This document shows, one piece after another, positions 50,059-59,914 of a stretch of DNA of 64,000 bases (positions are counted from its first letter, which is position 1; every line of letters begins with the position of its first letter). Below the pieces are notes generated by a model. That model did not search any database. It was not told the origin of the DNA and saw only the letters and a list, made by a program, of their open reading frames with translations. The stretch spans positions 578,568 to 642,567 of the forward strand of contig CANLSQ010000002.1 of NCBI GenBank assembly GCA_947493955.1, in the 5' to 3' direction. The position numbers and the translations under genes are program-made. This stretch comes from an uncultured Sphingomonadaceae bacterium (GTDB taxonomy: Bacteria > Pseudomonadota > Alphaproteobacteria > Sphingomonadales > Sphingomonadaceae).

Positions 50059-50151
50059 TCTTTGGAATATTACCGAGGCCGGATTTTCGCATTTCACATA
50101 TCTGGCACAGGAAGGGGCGGCTTCGGCGGCCCCTTTTCCTATGGAGCAGAC

Positions 50152-50922
50152 TTACTCGCGATAGCTGCCGCCGCCGTCGACGGTAATGTCATTTGCAGTA
50201 GTGAAGCTGCTCGCATCACTGGCCAGCCAAAGCATAGCATCGGCGACTTCCGTGGCTAGTCCGACCCGGTTTATGGGATGGTTGCGGTTAAACACTTCCA
50301 CCGCCTCATCATGCGGTCCGGGATAGGCGGCGAGATAGCGTTGATACATCGGTGTATCAATCGCGCCAGGATGAACAGTGTTGACCCTCACCGGATATTT
50401 CTCTGCGGCGCAATGCAATGCCAAGGATTTGCTGAGCGAGGTAACCGCGGCCTTGCTGGCGCAATAGGCGGCAAATTGCGCGCCTGGCCGCATGGCCAGC
50501 ATCGACCCGATATTGACGATGGTGCCGTCTTCGCCGCTTTCGATTATGGCGGGCAATCCTACGCGGCAGCCATTGAACGTGCCGTGCAGGTTGATGTCGA
50601 TGGTGCGGTTCCAGCTGTCGAGATCAACTTCGTCCACTGACCCGGGCTCGGAAATACCCGCGACATTGAACAGGGTCGTGATCTTGCCGAATTTGGCCTT
50701 GGTCGCGGCCACTGCCGCCTCCCATTGGTCCAGATTACGGACGTCCAGCTCCACAGCTGCGGCGCGTTCGCCCAGCGCCTTTGCATGGGCCTCGGCTTTT
50801 TCGAGCTGGATATCGCCAAGCATGACAGACCCGCCTTCTTCGACAAACCGCTGCGCGGCCGTGCCGCCAATGCCTTCAGCGCCGCCGGAAATCAGCGCAA
50901 CTTTCCCGTCCATCATCCCCAT
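50152..50922 (-). CDS. SDR family oxidoreductase
   Basis: ISGGAEGIG, NVAG, and a S...Y..K catalytic triad. Confidence 0.85.
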   Translation of the reverse strand: MGMMDGKVALISGGAEGIGGTAAQRFVEEGGSVMLGDIQLEKAEAHAKALGERAAAVELDVRNLDQWEAAVAATKAKFGKITTLFNVAGISEPGSVDEVDLDSWNRTIDINLHGTFNGCRVGLPAIIESGEDGTIVNIGSMLAMRPGAQFAAYCASKAAVTSLSKSLALHCAAEKYPVRVNTVHPGAIDTPMYQRYLAAYPGPHDEAVEVFNRNHPINRVGLATEVADAMLWLASDASSFTTANDITVDGGGSYRE

Positions 50923-50944
50923 AGTCTCTGCCCTTTATCTGTTA

Positions 50945-52192
50945 TCAGCGTTTGTCAAAAGTGAGCGGAAGATTGGTTAGTCCGCGCAGCATCATATTGG
51001 GCGGATAGGTCAGCTCCGCGCCTTCCTGTATCCGGATATTGTCAATCCGCTTGGCAAATTGCTGGAAGGATACCGTCATCTCCTTGCGCGACAGCATATT
51101 GCCGACGCACATATGAATGCCCTTGCCAAAGGCGAGATGGGTGCGTGCGTTTTTACGCTCGACATCAAATTTATTGGGATTTTCAAACTGCTTGGGATCG
51201 CGATTGGCGGCATGATAGCGCATCATCACCATCGCGCCCTTGGGCAGCATGACCCCGCCGAGTTCCGCATCGCGGTGCATGACCCGCCAGATACCGGATG
51301 ATCCGCTGGACATGCGCAGCACCTCTTCGACGGCATTGGGTATGAGGGAGGGGTCGTCCTGGATCTTCTGATATTGATCGGGGTTGGTGGCAAACAGACG
51401 CAGCCCTTCACCCAGCGCTGCCGTTGTGGTTTCATTGCCCGCGACCATCAACTGCTGAACAATGGAAAGTGATTCCGCATCATCCAGCGGCCGTTCGCCA
51501 TCGACCTGAGCATTGACCAGATCGGAGAGGATATCGTTCTTCGCCTCTTTCCGGCGTGCATCCATATTGGCTTTCAGCGCATGTTGATATTCGACTACTT
51601 CGCGCTCGGTTTCCAATTGCCGTTCCCGGGTCATCATGCCGGACAGCCTGTCGACAAAGGCATTGGTCCAGCGTTTTATTGTATCCGCATCGGCGACGTC
51701 GAGGCCCAGTTGCACGGCAATGGTCCGAACCGGCATCGGGATCGCATATTCCTCCATGAATTCGCATTCGCCCTTGTCGATAAAATTATCGATCAGCTCG
51801 TTCGACATGGCTCTGATGCTGTCTTCCAGCTTGTTCACCTTGGGCATGGAGAAAGCCAGGTTGACGAGCTTGCGAAAGCGGGTGTGCACGGGCTGATCTG
51901 CCGTCAGCAGCGTGTTGACCTGCGGCCACCCATCTGCCTGAATGGCCTGAATTTCCTCATCATTGGCGAGCTCTTCGTCGGATTTTCCTCCAGAGAGCAA
52001 TGCTGTAAAATTATTGGAAAAATCATCTAGCCGGCCCACGGCTTCGGATATCAGATCATAGTCGAGGACAATATAAGCGCCGCTGGCTTTGTCCAGGAAC
52101 ACAGGGCTTTTGGCGCGCTGTTCTTCATAAAAGTCAAAGGGATCAACCAATATATCTGGCTGAAATAGAGATTTTGAAACCGCTTCGTTCAT
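50945..52192 (-). CDS. Cytochrome P450
   Basis: Heme-binding loop FGKGIHMCVG, an ExxR motif, and an I-helix AGNETT. Confidence 0.9.
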   Translation of the reverse strand: MNEAVSKSLFQPDILVDPFDFYEEQRAKSPVFLDKASGAYIVLDYDLISEAVGRLDDFSNNFTALLSGGKSDEELANDEEIQAIQADGWPQVNTLLTADQPVHTRFRKLVNLAFSMPKVNKLEDSIRAMSNELIDNFIDKGECEFMEEYAIPMPVRTIAVQLGLDVADADTIKRWTNAFVDRLSGMMTRERQLETEREVVEYQHALKANMDARRKEAKNDILSDLVNAQVDGERPLDDAESLSIVQQLMVAGNETTTAALGEGLRLFATNPDQYQKIQDDPSLIPNAVEEVLRMSSGSSGIWRVMHRDAELGGVMLPKGAMVMMRYHAANRDPKQFENPNKFDVERKNARTHLAFGKGIHMCVGNMLSRKEMTVSFQQFAKRIDNIRIQEGAELTYPPNMMLRGLTNLPLTFDKR

Positions 52193-52212
52193 GTCTTTGT
52201 TCCTGTTAGGGT

Positions 52213-52554
52213 TCAGTCAAAGGCGGGTGTCGGCACGCCTTCTGCGTTGTAAACCGGGCCTTCTGCGTCCACGCGATATTTTGCACTGACCGCATTGGTC
52301 AGGCCGAATTTTCCGATATGAGCAAGCATGCTGGCATAATGGACATCTTTGAAATGCTGCGCGAGAGCGTCTTCGTCGGTCCATTCCTCAAAAACTTCAA
52401 TTCGCGATGGATTGTTAAGGTCTGCGCACCAGCTATAGCACAGGCAGCCTTCCTGACTCAGCGCGCCGTCAATATAAGGCTGCGCCGTTTTCAAACATTC
52501 TTCCCGTGTTGCCGGATCCACATCAATATGCGCCGCGATTACTATTTTAGCCAT
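52213..52554 (-). CDS. Antibiotic biosynthesis monooxygenase (ABM) family protein
   Basis: The ORF 52213..52629 is started at an ATG at 52554 (MAKIVIAAHIDV). About 113 aa with a ferredoxin-like ABM fold pattern. Confidence 0.65.
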   Translation of the reverse strand: MAKIVIAAHIDVDPATREECLKTAQPYIDGALSQEGCLCYSWCADLNNPSRIEVFEEWTDEDALAQHFKDVHYASMLAHIGKFGLTNAVSAKYRVDAEGPVYNAEGVPTPAFD

Positions 52555-52568
52555 TTTCCCAATTCCCC

Positions 52569-52979
52569 CTAAAGCTTTTGTCCGCCCAGTTGAGCGACGA
52601 CATTGAATATGCGTTTCTTGTAGAGCCACTGGCCGTCAATCTTGACGAACTCGTCGTCGTAGCGGCCACCCGCTATTCGCGGTTCCCCCTTTTCAACCAG
52701 TATCTCATGGGTCTGGTACCGGCCAGCAGCGGTATCACCAGTGATTTCAAGACTGCCCGGTATGCCCAGGAAGCTGACGGCATCAAACTGGCTCATTGCG
52801 CCATTCCACAGATTGACGATATTCTCGCGCCCGACAACTTCGGTGCCCATTAGCGACCAGACGGCGTCTTCCGTCCAAAGCGCGCCCCAGTCATCGGGGT
52901 CGGTGCGCAATACTGCATCACAATAGGCGTCGTGTAATTCCCGTATTGCCAGCCGGTCTTCTATTGGTCCTGAAAACAT
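52569..52979 (-). CDS. NTF2-like / SnoaL-like family protein
   Basis: 136 aa with a cone-fold pattern. First gene of the NTF2-ABM-P450-SDR operon. Confidence 0.65.
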   Translation of the reverse strand: MFSGPIEDRLAIRELHDAYCDAVLRTDPDDWGALWTEDAVWSLMGTEVVGRENIVNLWNGAMSQFDAVSFLGIPGSLEITGDTAAGRYQTHEILVEKGEPRIAGGRYDDEFVKIDGQWLYKKRIFNVVAQLGGQKL

Positions 52980-53065
52980 GGACTCATCCTCTCCTCTTTA
53001 TGGGAGAGATTACACGGTAAAAGCGCCAGACATGCAAGCTGCCATAAGTGCTAGGTAATAACCCG

Positions 53066-54349
53066 CTAGTCGCCGCTGATGCGTTCGATGTCCGCGCCGA
53101 CGGCCGCCAGCTTTTCTTCCAGCCGTTCATAACCGCGATCAAGATGATAGATGCGCTGTAACTGCGTTTCACCTTCGGCTGCGAGTGCTGCGATCACCAG
53201 ACTCATCGACGCTCGCAGGTCGGTGGCCATGACCGGTGCGCCCGTCATTTTTGTCACGCCGCGAACCACGGCGGTGCGGCCCTTGGTCTCGATATCCGCA
53301 CCCATCCGGTTAAGTTCGGGCACATGCATATAGCGGTTTTCAAAAATGGTCTCGGTCAGCACACTGGCGCCATCGGCCATGCAGAGCATCGCCATCAACT
53401 GCGCCTGCATATCGGTGGCAAGGCCAGGATAAGGCGCGGTTTCCAGGGTGAGCGGTTTGAGCTTGCCGTTGGCCGCGACCTTGATGCCCTTGTTATACGG
53501 TTCGATATGTAGTCCAGCTTCAGTCAAAGCGGCCAGTGTTGCTTCCATCTCATCCGCCTTGGCGCCAACCAGATCGACCTCTCCGCCGGTAATGCCAACC
53601 GCACAGGCGTAGCTGCCCGCTTCAATGCGATCCGCCATGACGCGGTAGGTACAACCATGCAGGCGCGGCACGCCATGGATGATGAGGTCAGACGATCCGA
53701 TTCCTTCAATTTCCGCGCCCATCGCAACCAGCATATTGCACAGGTCGACAATTTCCGGTTCCCGCGCCGCGTTTTTCAGGCGGCTAGTGCCATTGGCCTG
53801 GACCGCGGCCATCAAGGCATTTTCCGTCGCTCCCACGGAAACGACCGGGAAGGTAAATTCACCGCCCGGCAGGCCGCCATCCGGCTGACGTGCGGTAACG
53901 TAGCCGCTGGTTGTTTCAATCACAGCGCCGAGTGCTTCAATTGCTTTAAGGTGCAGGTCAATCGGTCGGTTGCCAATCGCACAGCCACCGGGCAGCGACA
54001 CGCGGCATTCGCCAGCACGGGCCAGCAAAGGCCCAAGCACAAGGATAGAAGCGCGCATCTTGCGAACAATATCATAAGGTGCTTCGGTCGAGGTAATCTT
54101 GCCGGCTTTCAGCGTCATTACCCGGCCGAAATCTTCCGGGCGCGCACCTTCAATGGTGGTGGATACGCCAAGCTGGTTCAGCAAGTGCCCGAAACTATCC
54201 ACGTCAGCGAGCCGTGGCAGATTGCGCAAAGTGACCGGTTCGTCTGTGAGCAGCGCACAGGGCAACAGCGTCAAAGCGCTGTTCTTTGCGCCAGAAATCG
54301 GAATGATGCCAGACAGCTTTTTGCCGCCGCGTATTGAGATAATATCCAT
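53066..54349 (-). CDS. murA: UDP-N-acetylglucosamine 1-carboxyvinyltransferase
   Basis: 427 aa with an EPSP-synthase fold, an active-site Cys region and a KLSG motif. Confidence 0.95.
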   Translation of the reverse strand: MDIISIRGGKKLSGIIPISGAKNSALTLLPCALLTDEPVTLRNLPRLADVDSFGHLLNQLGVSTTIEGARPEDFGRVMTLKAGKITSTEAPYDIVRKMRASILVLGPLLARAGECRVSLPGGCAIGNRPIDLHLKAIEALGAVIETTSGYVTARQPDGGLPGGEFTFPVVSVGATENALMAAVQANGTSRLKNAAREPEIVDLCNMLVAMGAEIEGIGSSDLIIHGVPRLHGCTYRVMADRIEAGSYACAVGITGGEVDLVGAKADEMEATLAALTEAGLHIEPYNKGIKVAANGKLKPLTLETAPYPGLATDMQAQLMAMLCMADGASVLTETIFENRYMHVPELNRMGADIETKGRTAVVRGVTKMTGAPVMATDLRASMSLVIAALAAEGETQLQRIYHLDRGYERLEEKLAAVGADIERISGD

Positions 54350-54429
54350 CGCGATGGTTTAGCGAAAATGCGCTGCCGTGCAAGAGACAGCGACCATCAT
54401 CGCGGTAAAGTTACAAAAGCGCTTTGTGC

Positions 54430-55290
54430 CTAGTGGTCGAAGCCCGGATTGGTCCGGTTCAATTTGCGCATTAGGCCTGGCCAGACCAGATTGTCACCCA
54501 GACCTGGCATAAAGGCAGGCGCGGTTTGCTGATGTACACGCTGACCCATATCTTCCGGCTCCTCGTGCAAATGCTCTGCACCGCCAACGGCTTGCGCCAG
54601 AATTTGCGTCTTGCAGGCATTTTCAAGGAAATACATGCGCAGGAAAGCCAATGCACAATTTTTGCCAACAGTCAGAGTACCGTGATTGCGCAGAATCAGC
54701 AGGTTCTTCTCGCCCACATCTGCAATCAGGCGCTCGCGTTCGTCCAGGTCCAGCGCAATGCCTTCATAATCATGATAAGCGAGATCTTCATGCACCTGCA
54801 TGGAAAATTGCGTGTAGCGGCGCAGGCCCTCTTTTTGCACCGACACTGCGATTCCGTACGGTGTATGGACATGGATGACACAACCCGCATCTTCACGAGC
54901 GCTGTGGACCGCGCTGTGAATGGTGAACCCGGCGGGATTGATGAAGTAAGGCGTGTCCTGCTTGATATTGCCTTCGAGGTCGATCTTGACCAACGAGCTT
55001 GCGGTCATCTCGTCAAACATCACGCCATAGGGATTGATGAGGAAGCGTTCTTCGCCATCTTCGTCAGGCAGGCGCGCGGAGATATGGGTGAAGACCAGAT
55101 CGGTCCAGGCATGCATCGCGCAAAGCCGATAGGTTGCCGCGAGATCACAGCGTAATTTCCATTCAGCGTCAGAGACTTTCCCTTCCAGCCGGTCAATGGT
55201 CGTCGGGTCGGGAATGTTGAAACCGGCATCAACCTGCATTGCGCTGCCTGTGTCTTTTTCCGGAGCGTCTTTTACTGCGGTGGCCATCAC
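54430..55290 (-). CDS. Class II aldolase/adducin family protein
   Basis: Metal-binding His cluster (VIHVHTPYG...HG). Confidence 0.8.
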   Translation of the reverse strand: MMATAVKDAPEKDTGSAMQVDAGFNIPDPTTIDRLEGKVSDAEWKLRCDLAATYRLCAMHAWTDLVFTHISARLPDEDGEERFLINPYGVMFDEMTASSLVKIDLEGNIKQDTPYFINPAGFTIHSAVHSAREDAGCVIHVHTPYGIAVSVQKEGLRRYTQFSMQVHEDLAYHDYEGIALDLDERERLIADVGEKNLLILRNHGTLTVGKNCALAFLRMYFLENACKTQILAQAVGGAEHLHEEPEDMGQRVHQQTAPAFMPGLGDNLVWPGLMRKLNRTNPGFDH

Positions 55291-55486
55291 TGTCTCTCCT
55301 TGTAGAATCGTTTCCGTCTATTGCTCCGATAATGGCATAATCATGACTGCCTAGGACAGCTTTTTTTATCTCGAAGCGGTCTGGGCATTGATTTCAATAG
55401 GGGCGTTCCCAATTCGGCAATCCTGTCCACGCCTCTGAAAATTTGATAAGTGCGATGATATTCTTCCCCCTGCAAAAAGGCAGCCT

Positions 55487-56101
55487 ATGCCAGAGCAACA
55501 TGAAAACGCACCAGAACTACCCTGTTCCATTGTAACAGAGCTGCGTTCCGGCATGAAGGTTTGTTTGCGCCCGATTCACCCTTCTGATCAAGGTAAGATT
55601 GAGCGCGGTATCATGGAATTATCTGATCGCTCGCGCTATCTGCGCTTCTTCTCCAGCTTTAAAATTGCCCCTGCGTCCGTGGTCGAAAAGCTATCGACCG
55701 TAGATGGCATTAATCATATTGCCTGGGGCGTGGTCAATCTGGATGCGGATGATCACCCGCCCATTGCGGCGGCCCATGCGATCCGAAGTACCGATGACCC
55801 GGCAAGGGGTGAGTTCGCGATCGCGGTGCTCGATGAATATCAAAGCAAGGGTGTATCACGGGTGTTGATTGCCGCATTGTTCAGCAACTGTCTGGAACAG
55901 GGGCTAAGCAAGCTGGATATTGCGGTGTTGCGTGAAAATAGAAAAGCCGCTGGCCTGATCGCTGCAATGGGCGCCGAGATGACGAGTAGCCAAGATGCAA
56001 TTGCTTATTACAGCCTTGATCTGCAGAGCGCTTTAGATGCTTTACGGGCGATGAAAAAGCCAAAGGGTTTACGCAATATATGGGCCGCTTTTGACGGTTA
56101 G
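55487..56101 (+). CDS. GNAT family N-acetyltransferase
   Basis: Acetyl-CoA motif QSKGVSRVLI. Confidence 0.7.
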   Translation: MPEQHENAPELPCSIVTELRSGMKVCLRPIHPSDQGKIERGIMELSDRSRYLRFFSSFKIAPASVVEKLSTVDGINHIAWGVVNLDADDHPPIAAAHAIRSTDDPARGEFAIAVLDEYQSKGVSRVLIAALFSNCLEQGLSKLDIAVLRENRKAAGLIAAMGAEMTSSQDAIAYYSLDLQSALDALRAMKKPKGLRNIWAAFDG

Positions 56102-56137
56102 GCGATGTTGCTGACGCCGATTTTTGCGCCACCAGCT

Positions 56138-58252
56138 TCAGGGGGCGCTGAGATCCAAGTTCGCCGCATCCCTGTCACCAAATAGATAAGCATCGAACCA
56201 GCGGGCATTATGTTCCATCGCGGCCATCCGCTCTTTAGGCCGGGAAATCACATGACCGGTATCCTCATAGATAACCAGTTCGGTTTCGACGCCAACATCC
56301 TTTAGTCCGCGGAAAAACTCCATGCCATTGGCGAAGGGCACACGGTTATCATTGCGGCCATGTTGAATCAGTGTCGGTGTAACCGCATTTTTGATCGACC
56401 CCATGGCTCCGGTTGCCTTATAAATTTCCGGATCATCCGATGGAGTTGCTTCCAGATAAGCAAGCGGGCTGGTGGGTTGATCGCTTAGGGCATAATATGT
56501 CCCATAGTCGGTGATTCCCGCTCCCACAGAAAACGCCTTGTAGCGCGTCGTTCGTACGGCGAGACCAGCGGTTACTGTGCCGCCCGCACTCCAGCCCATG
56601 GCGCCGAGCTTTTCGGGGTCAGCTATGCCGATCCTTATGAGGTGATCGATTCCGGATTCGACATCTACCGTGTAACCGATGCCCAAGGAGCGGACGTTGG
56701 CTGCCATTAGTTCGTCGGTATAGCTTCCCGACCCCCGATAATTGGGTTCAAAAATCGCAGCGCCTTTACGTAGCCAATATTCGGTCGGGTAAATTTCATC
56801 CGACATCCGCCGTGGGCGCGAGGTGGCTGATGGACCGCCATGAGCGATAACGAGCACGGGCATACGTCCATCCAGCCGGTTTTCCGGAGCTGGTAGGGTC
56901 AGGACCCCTTCCAAATCCAGCCCGTCCGGCGTGGTCCACTGAACCAGACGCACTTCGGTATCCGGCCAGTCGGCGATCGCTTGACTGAACTGCGTGAGGC
57001 GCTTTTCATCAGCATATCCGGTCGCCGTCACTTTGCGGGTGTAAATCTCCTTCGCGCGCTCGCCATCCACCGCGCCAAAGGCAACAGTTTTGCCGTCAGC
57101 GGTAAAGGAATATCCCTCTACCCGGCCGCGACCAGCGGTCAAATTGGTGACGTTCCGCGAATCCAGGTCCATGAGGTACAGATTGCTTTCGACCCGATAG
57201 TGCGACATGAAAAATATCGCGTTACCTTGCCAGCCAATAATATTGGCATCATTATATTTATCGGTGGTATCACTGATCTGTTCGATCTTTCCGCCTTCAA
57301 TTGGCGTCAGGCCCATCCAATATTGACGGGTATAGTAATAAGGCGGTTCGCCCATGTGGAAGGCCACGGTTTTTCCATTCGGGGAGACTTTGGGGTCGAG
57401 ATCCATGCCAGGACGGCGGACAACGGGGCGCTGCTCGGCGGTCGCGATATTGACCGCGGAAATATCCTGCGTCCCCAGATCATAGGGCGATCCGCTTTTG
57501 GCATGATCGAACAGGATTTCCTTGCTATCGGGCGTGAACGTAAAGCTTCCACCAAAGAAGCTGCCAATGGTGAAGGCTGTGCCTCCTGTCAGCCGCCGTA
57601 ATGGTGCCGCTGTGTCCGTATGTTCGGAACGCTTGGTAATTGGTGCATTCGCACTTCGGGCCTTTGTCAGGTCGAGCAACCACAGATGATCGCGGCCAGA
57701 ATAATCGTCGGCAAATGCGAAATTACCATAAGCTTTTTCGACCTGCGCTTTGGATTTTGCCGGTCGCTCGCTCAGTTTCAAAGCCATGTAGCGACCATCG
57801 GGCGACCAGATATAGGAATTGATTCCGCCCGGCAGAGCCGTGATCTGCCGGACGTTGCTGCCGTCCCGGTTCATCAAGAAAATCTGTGTGCCGATATCGG
57901 TGTTGGCTTGGTATGAAATCTGCTGGCCATCGGGGGACCAAGCAATGTCGCCGGACGATCCATCGACATTGTTGGTCAGCTGAATCGATTTCCCGTTTTC
58001 TATGAGATGAATTTCCCGATCATAGCGATTTTTCTCCCAATCTGCGGTGCGGATGGTGAAGGCGACGGCTTTGCCGTCCGGGGATATTGCGGGCGAACCG
58101 GGCGTTTCAATAGATGCCATGCATTCCAACACACCGTCGCTACATCGGTTCTCAGTGACGGATGGCGAAACAACCGCGTCGGCGGCATGAGCGGGCATGG
58201 CCGTGTTGGACAGTATGACGGCGGCACTGGACAGGCAAAGGGAGCGTTTCAT
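56138..58252 (-). CDS. S9 family serine peptidase (prolyl oligopeptidase/dipeptidyl aminopeptidase type) with N-terminal beta-propeller, secreted
   Basis: GWSAGG nucleophile elbow, TolB-like propeller repeats, and a signal peptide MKRSLCLSSAAVILSNTAMPAHA. The ORF track start at 58324 is probably too long. Confidence 0.8.
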   Translation of the reverse strand: MKRSLCLSSAAVILSNTAMPAHAADAVVSPSVTENRCSDGVLECMASIETPGSPAISPDGKAVAFTIRTADWEKNRYDREIHLIENGKSIQLTNNVDGSSGDIAWSPDGQQISYQANTDIGTQIFLMNRDGSNVRQITALPGGINSYIWSPDGRYMALKLSERPAKSKAQVEKAYGNFAFADDYSGRDHLWLLDLTKARSANAPITKRSEHTDTAAPLRRLTGGTAFTIGSFFGGSFTFTPDSKEILFDHAKSGSPYDLGTQDISAVNIATAEQRPVVRRPGMDLDPKVSPNGKTVAFHMGEPPYYYTRQYWMGLTPIEGGKIEQISDTTDKYNDANIIGWQGNAIFFMSHYRVESNLYLMDLDSRNVTNLTAGRGRVEGYSFTADGKTVAFGAVDGERAKEIYTRKVTATGYADEKRLTQFSQAIADWPDTEVRLVQWTTPDGLDLEGVLTLPAPENRLDGRMPVLVIAHGGPSATSRPRRMSDEIYPTEYWLRKGAAIFEPNYRGSGSYTDELMAANVRSLGIGYTVDVESGIDHLIRIGIADPEKLGAMGWSAGGTVTAGLAVRTTRYKAFSVGAGITDYGTYYALSDQPTSPLAYLEATPSDDPEIYKATGAMGSIKNAVTPTLIQHGRNDNRVPFANGMEFFRGLKDVGVETELVIYEDTGHVISRPKERMAAMEHNARWFDAYLFGDRDAANLDLSAP

Positions 58253-58400
58253 TATGAGGACCTTCTGAATGTTGGGGGGATATCCAAAAAGAAAAGGGGG
58301 AGTTGAAGAAGAAGTGAAGGTCATCTAGCAACGATTTTCTGATTTTTCTCGCCTTTTATCGTTACAGATTCGGCGTAAATATGTGCTAGGAACAATAATT

Positions 58401-58880
58401 ATGGCGAAAAACGCAATAGCGAAAATCTCCGACCTGGATGGTTTTGATCGGCAGATTCTTGAAATCATCCAGCATGATAATCAGCGGACCCATGCGGATA
58501 TTGGAGTAACGGTAGGGCTGTCGGCCTCGGCGGTAAGGCGGCGGCTGAAACTGCTGCGTGACAGTGGTTTCATCGAAAAAGACGTGGCGGTGCTACGCAC
58601 TGGCGATATCGGCGTTCGTCTGGTTGTCCTCGTTTCCTTCCAGAATGAAACTATTGAGGCTTTTGACGCTTTTGACGAGCAGATCCGCTCGACGCCGGAA
58701 ATTCTGCAGGGCTATCACATTTCAGGCCCGGTCGACTATTGCTTGATCGTGCAGGGACCCAGTCTGGAATGGTATGAGGACTGGGGTAAAGAGGCCTTTA
58801 TGAGCAACCCAGCAATAAGGCGCTATGACAGTCATGTTGTCTGGTCCTGCAAAAAGTTCGAGACCGCGATACCGTTGTAG
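58401..58880 (+). CDS. Lrp/AsnC family transcriptional regulator
   Basis: N-terminal HTH (DRQILEIIQHDNQRTHADIGVTVGLSASAVRRRLKLL) and a RAM C-terminal domain. ATG with an AGGA RBS. Confidence 0.8.
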   Translation: MAKNAIAKISDLDGFDRQILEIIQHDNQRTHADIGVTVGLSASAVRRRLKLLRDSGFIEKDVAVLRTGDIGVRLVVLVSFQNETIEAFDAFDEQIRSTPEILQGYHISGPVDYCLIVQGPSLEWYEDWGKEAFMSNPAIRRYDSHVVWSCKKFETAIPL

Positions 58881-58915
58881 GATGTCGCAGCTGACGCAAA
58901 TTGTCTGGGTGGTGA

Positions 58916-59911
58916 TTAGTCCCTGAGCAATCCCAAGGCGGCATAGGTCTTGTCCACCGTCGGTTGTGCCAGAGCCTGCGCACGTTCCGCGCCATCACGC
59001 AGGATCGCATCAATCGTGCTTTTATCCTCGCGCAATTCTTCATATCGATCACGGATCGGCGAGAGTTTGGACACGGCGAGGTCGGCCAAGGCCGGTTTGA
59101 ATGCGCCAAAGCCCTGTCCGGCATGTTGGTCCAGCACTGCCTGTGGGCTGCTGTCTTCCAATGCCGCATAGATGCCGACCAGATTTATTGCCTCTGCGCG
59201 TCCCTCCATGTCTTCCAGCTTGCCGGGCAATGGATCGGCGTCGGTGCGCGCTTTTTTGACCTTCTTGGCAATGGTATCGTCATCATCGGTCATGTTGATC
59301 CGGCTCAAATCCGACGGATCGGACTTACTCATTTTCGCTGCGCCATCGCGCAGTGACATAATCCGCGCCGCAGTTGCACCGATATAAGGTTCGGGCAGAG
59401 TGAAAACCTCTTGTCCGGTATCATTGTTAAACTTGGTCGCAATATCGCGCGCCAGCTCGAGATGCTGTTTCTGGTCTTCGCCAACAGGGACATGAGTGGC
59501 CTGATAGATCAGGACATCGGCTGCCTGCAGCACGGGATAGCCATAGAGCCCCAGTGAGCTGCGTTGTTTATGCTTGCCCGATTTTTCCTTGAATTGCGTC
59601 ATCCGGTCCAGCCATCCCATTGGGGTGTTGCAGATCAGCATCCAGGCGAGCTCGGCATGCTGCGGTACCCGGGCCTGGTTGAACAGGATCGACTTTTTGG
59701 TATCGACGCCCGCAGCGACGAGGGCAGCCACCATGTTCCGACAGTTGTCAGACAGTTCCGCCGGATCATTGGGGACCGTAATCGCATGCAGGTCAGCCAG
59801 AAAAAACAGGCATTCGGATTCTTCTTGCAGCTTCACCCAGTTTTTGATCGCGCCCAGATAATTGCCGAGATGGAGATTACCTGTGGGCTGAATGCCCGAA
59901 ACTGTACGCAT
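58916..59911 (-). CDS. trpS: Tryptophan--tRNA ligase
   Basis: TGNLHLGN HIGH-type motif and KMSKS. Confidence 0.95.
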   Translation of the reverse strand: MRTVSGIQPTGNLHLGNYLGAIKNWVKLQEESECLFFLADLHAITVPNDPAELSDNCRNMVAALVAAGVDTKKSILFNQARVPQHAELAWMLICNTPMGWLDRMTQFKEKSGKHKQRSSLGLYGYPVLQAADVLIYQATHVPVGEDQKQHLELARDIATKFNNDTGQEVFTLPEPYIGATAARIMSLRDGAAKMSKSDPSDLSRINMTDDDDTIAKKVKKARTDADPLPGKLEDMEGRAEAINLVGIYAALEDSSPQAVLDQHAGQGFGAFKPALADLAVSKLSPIRDRYEELREDKSTIDAILRDGAERAQALAQPTVDKTYAALGLLRD

Positions 59912-59914
59912 GGT

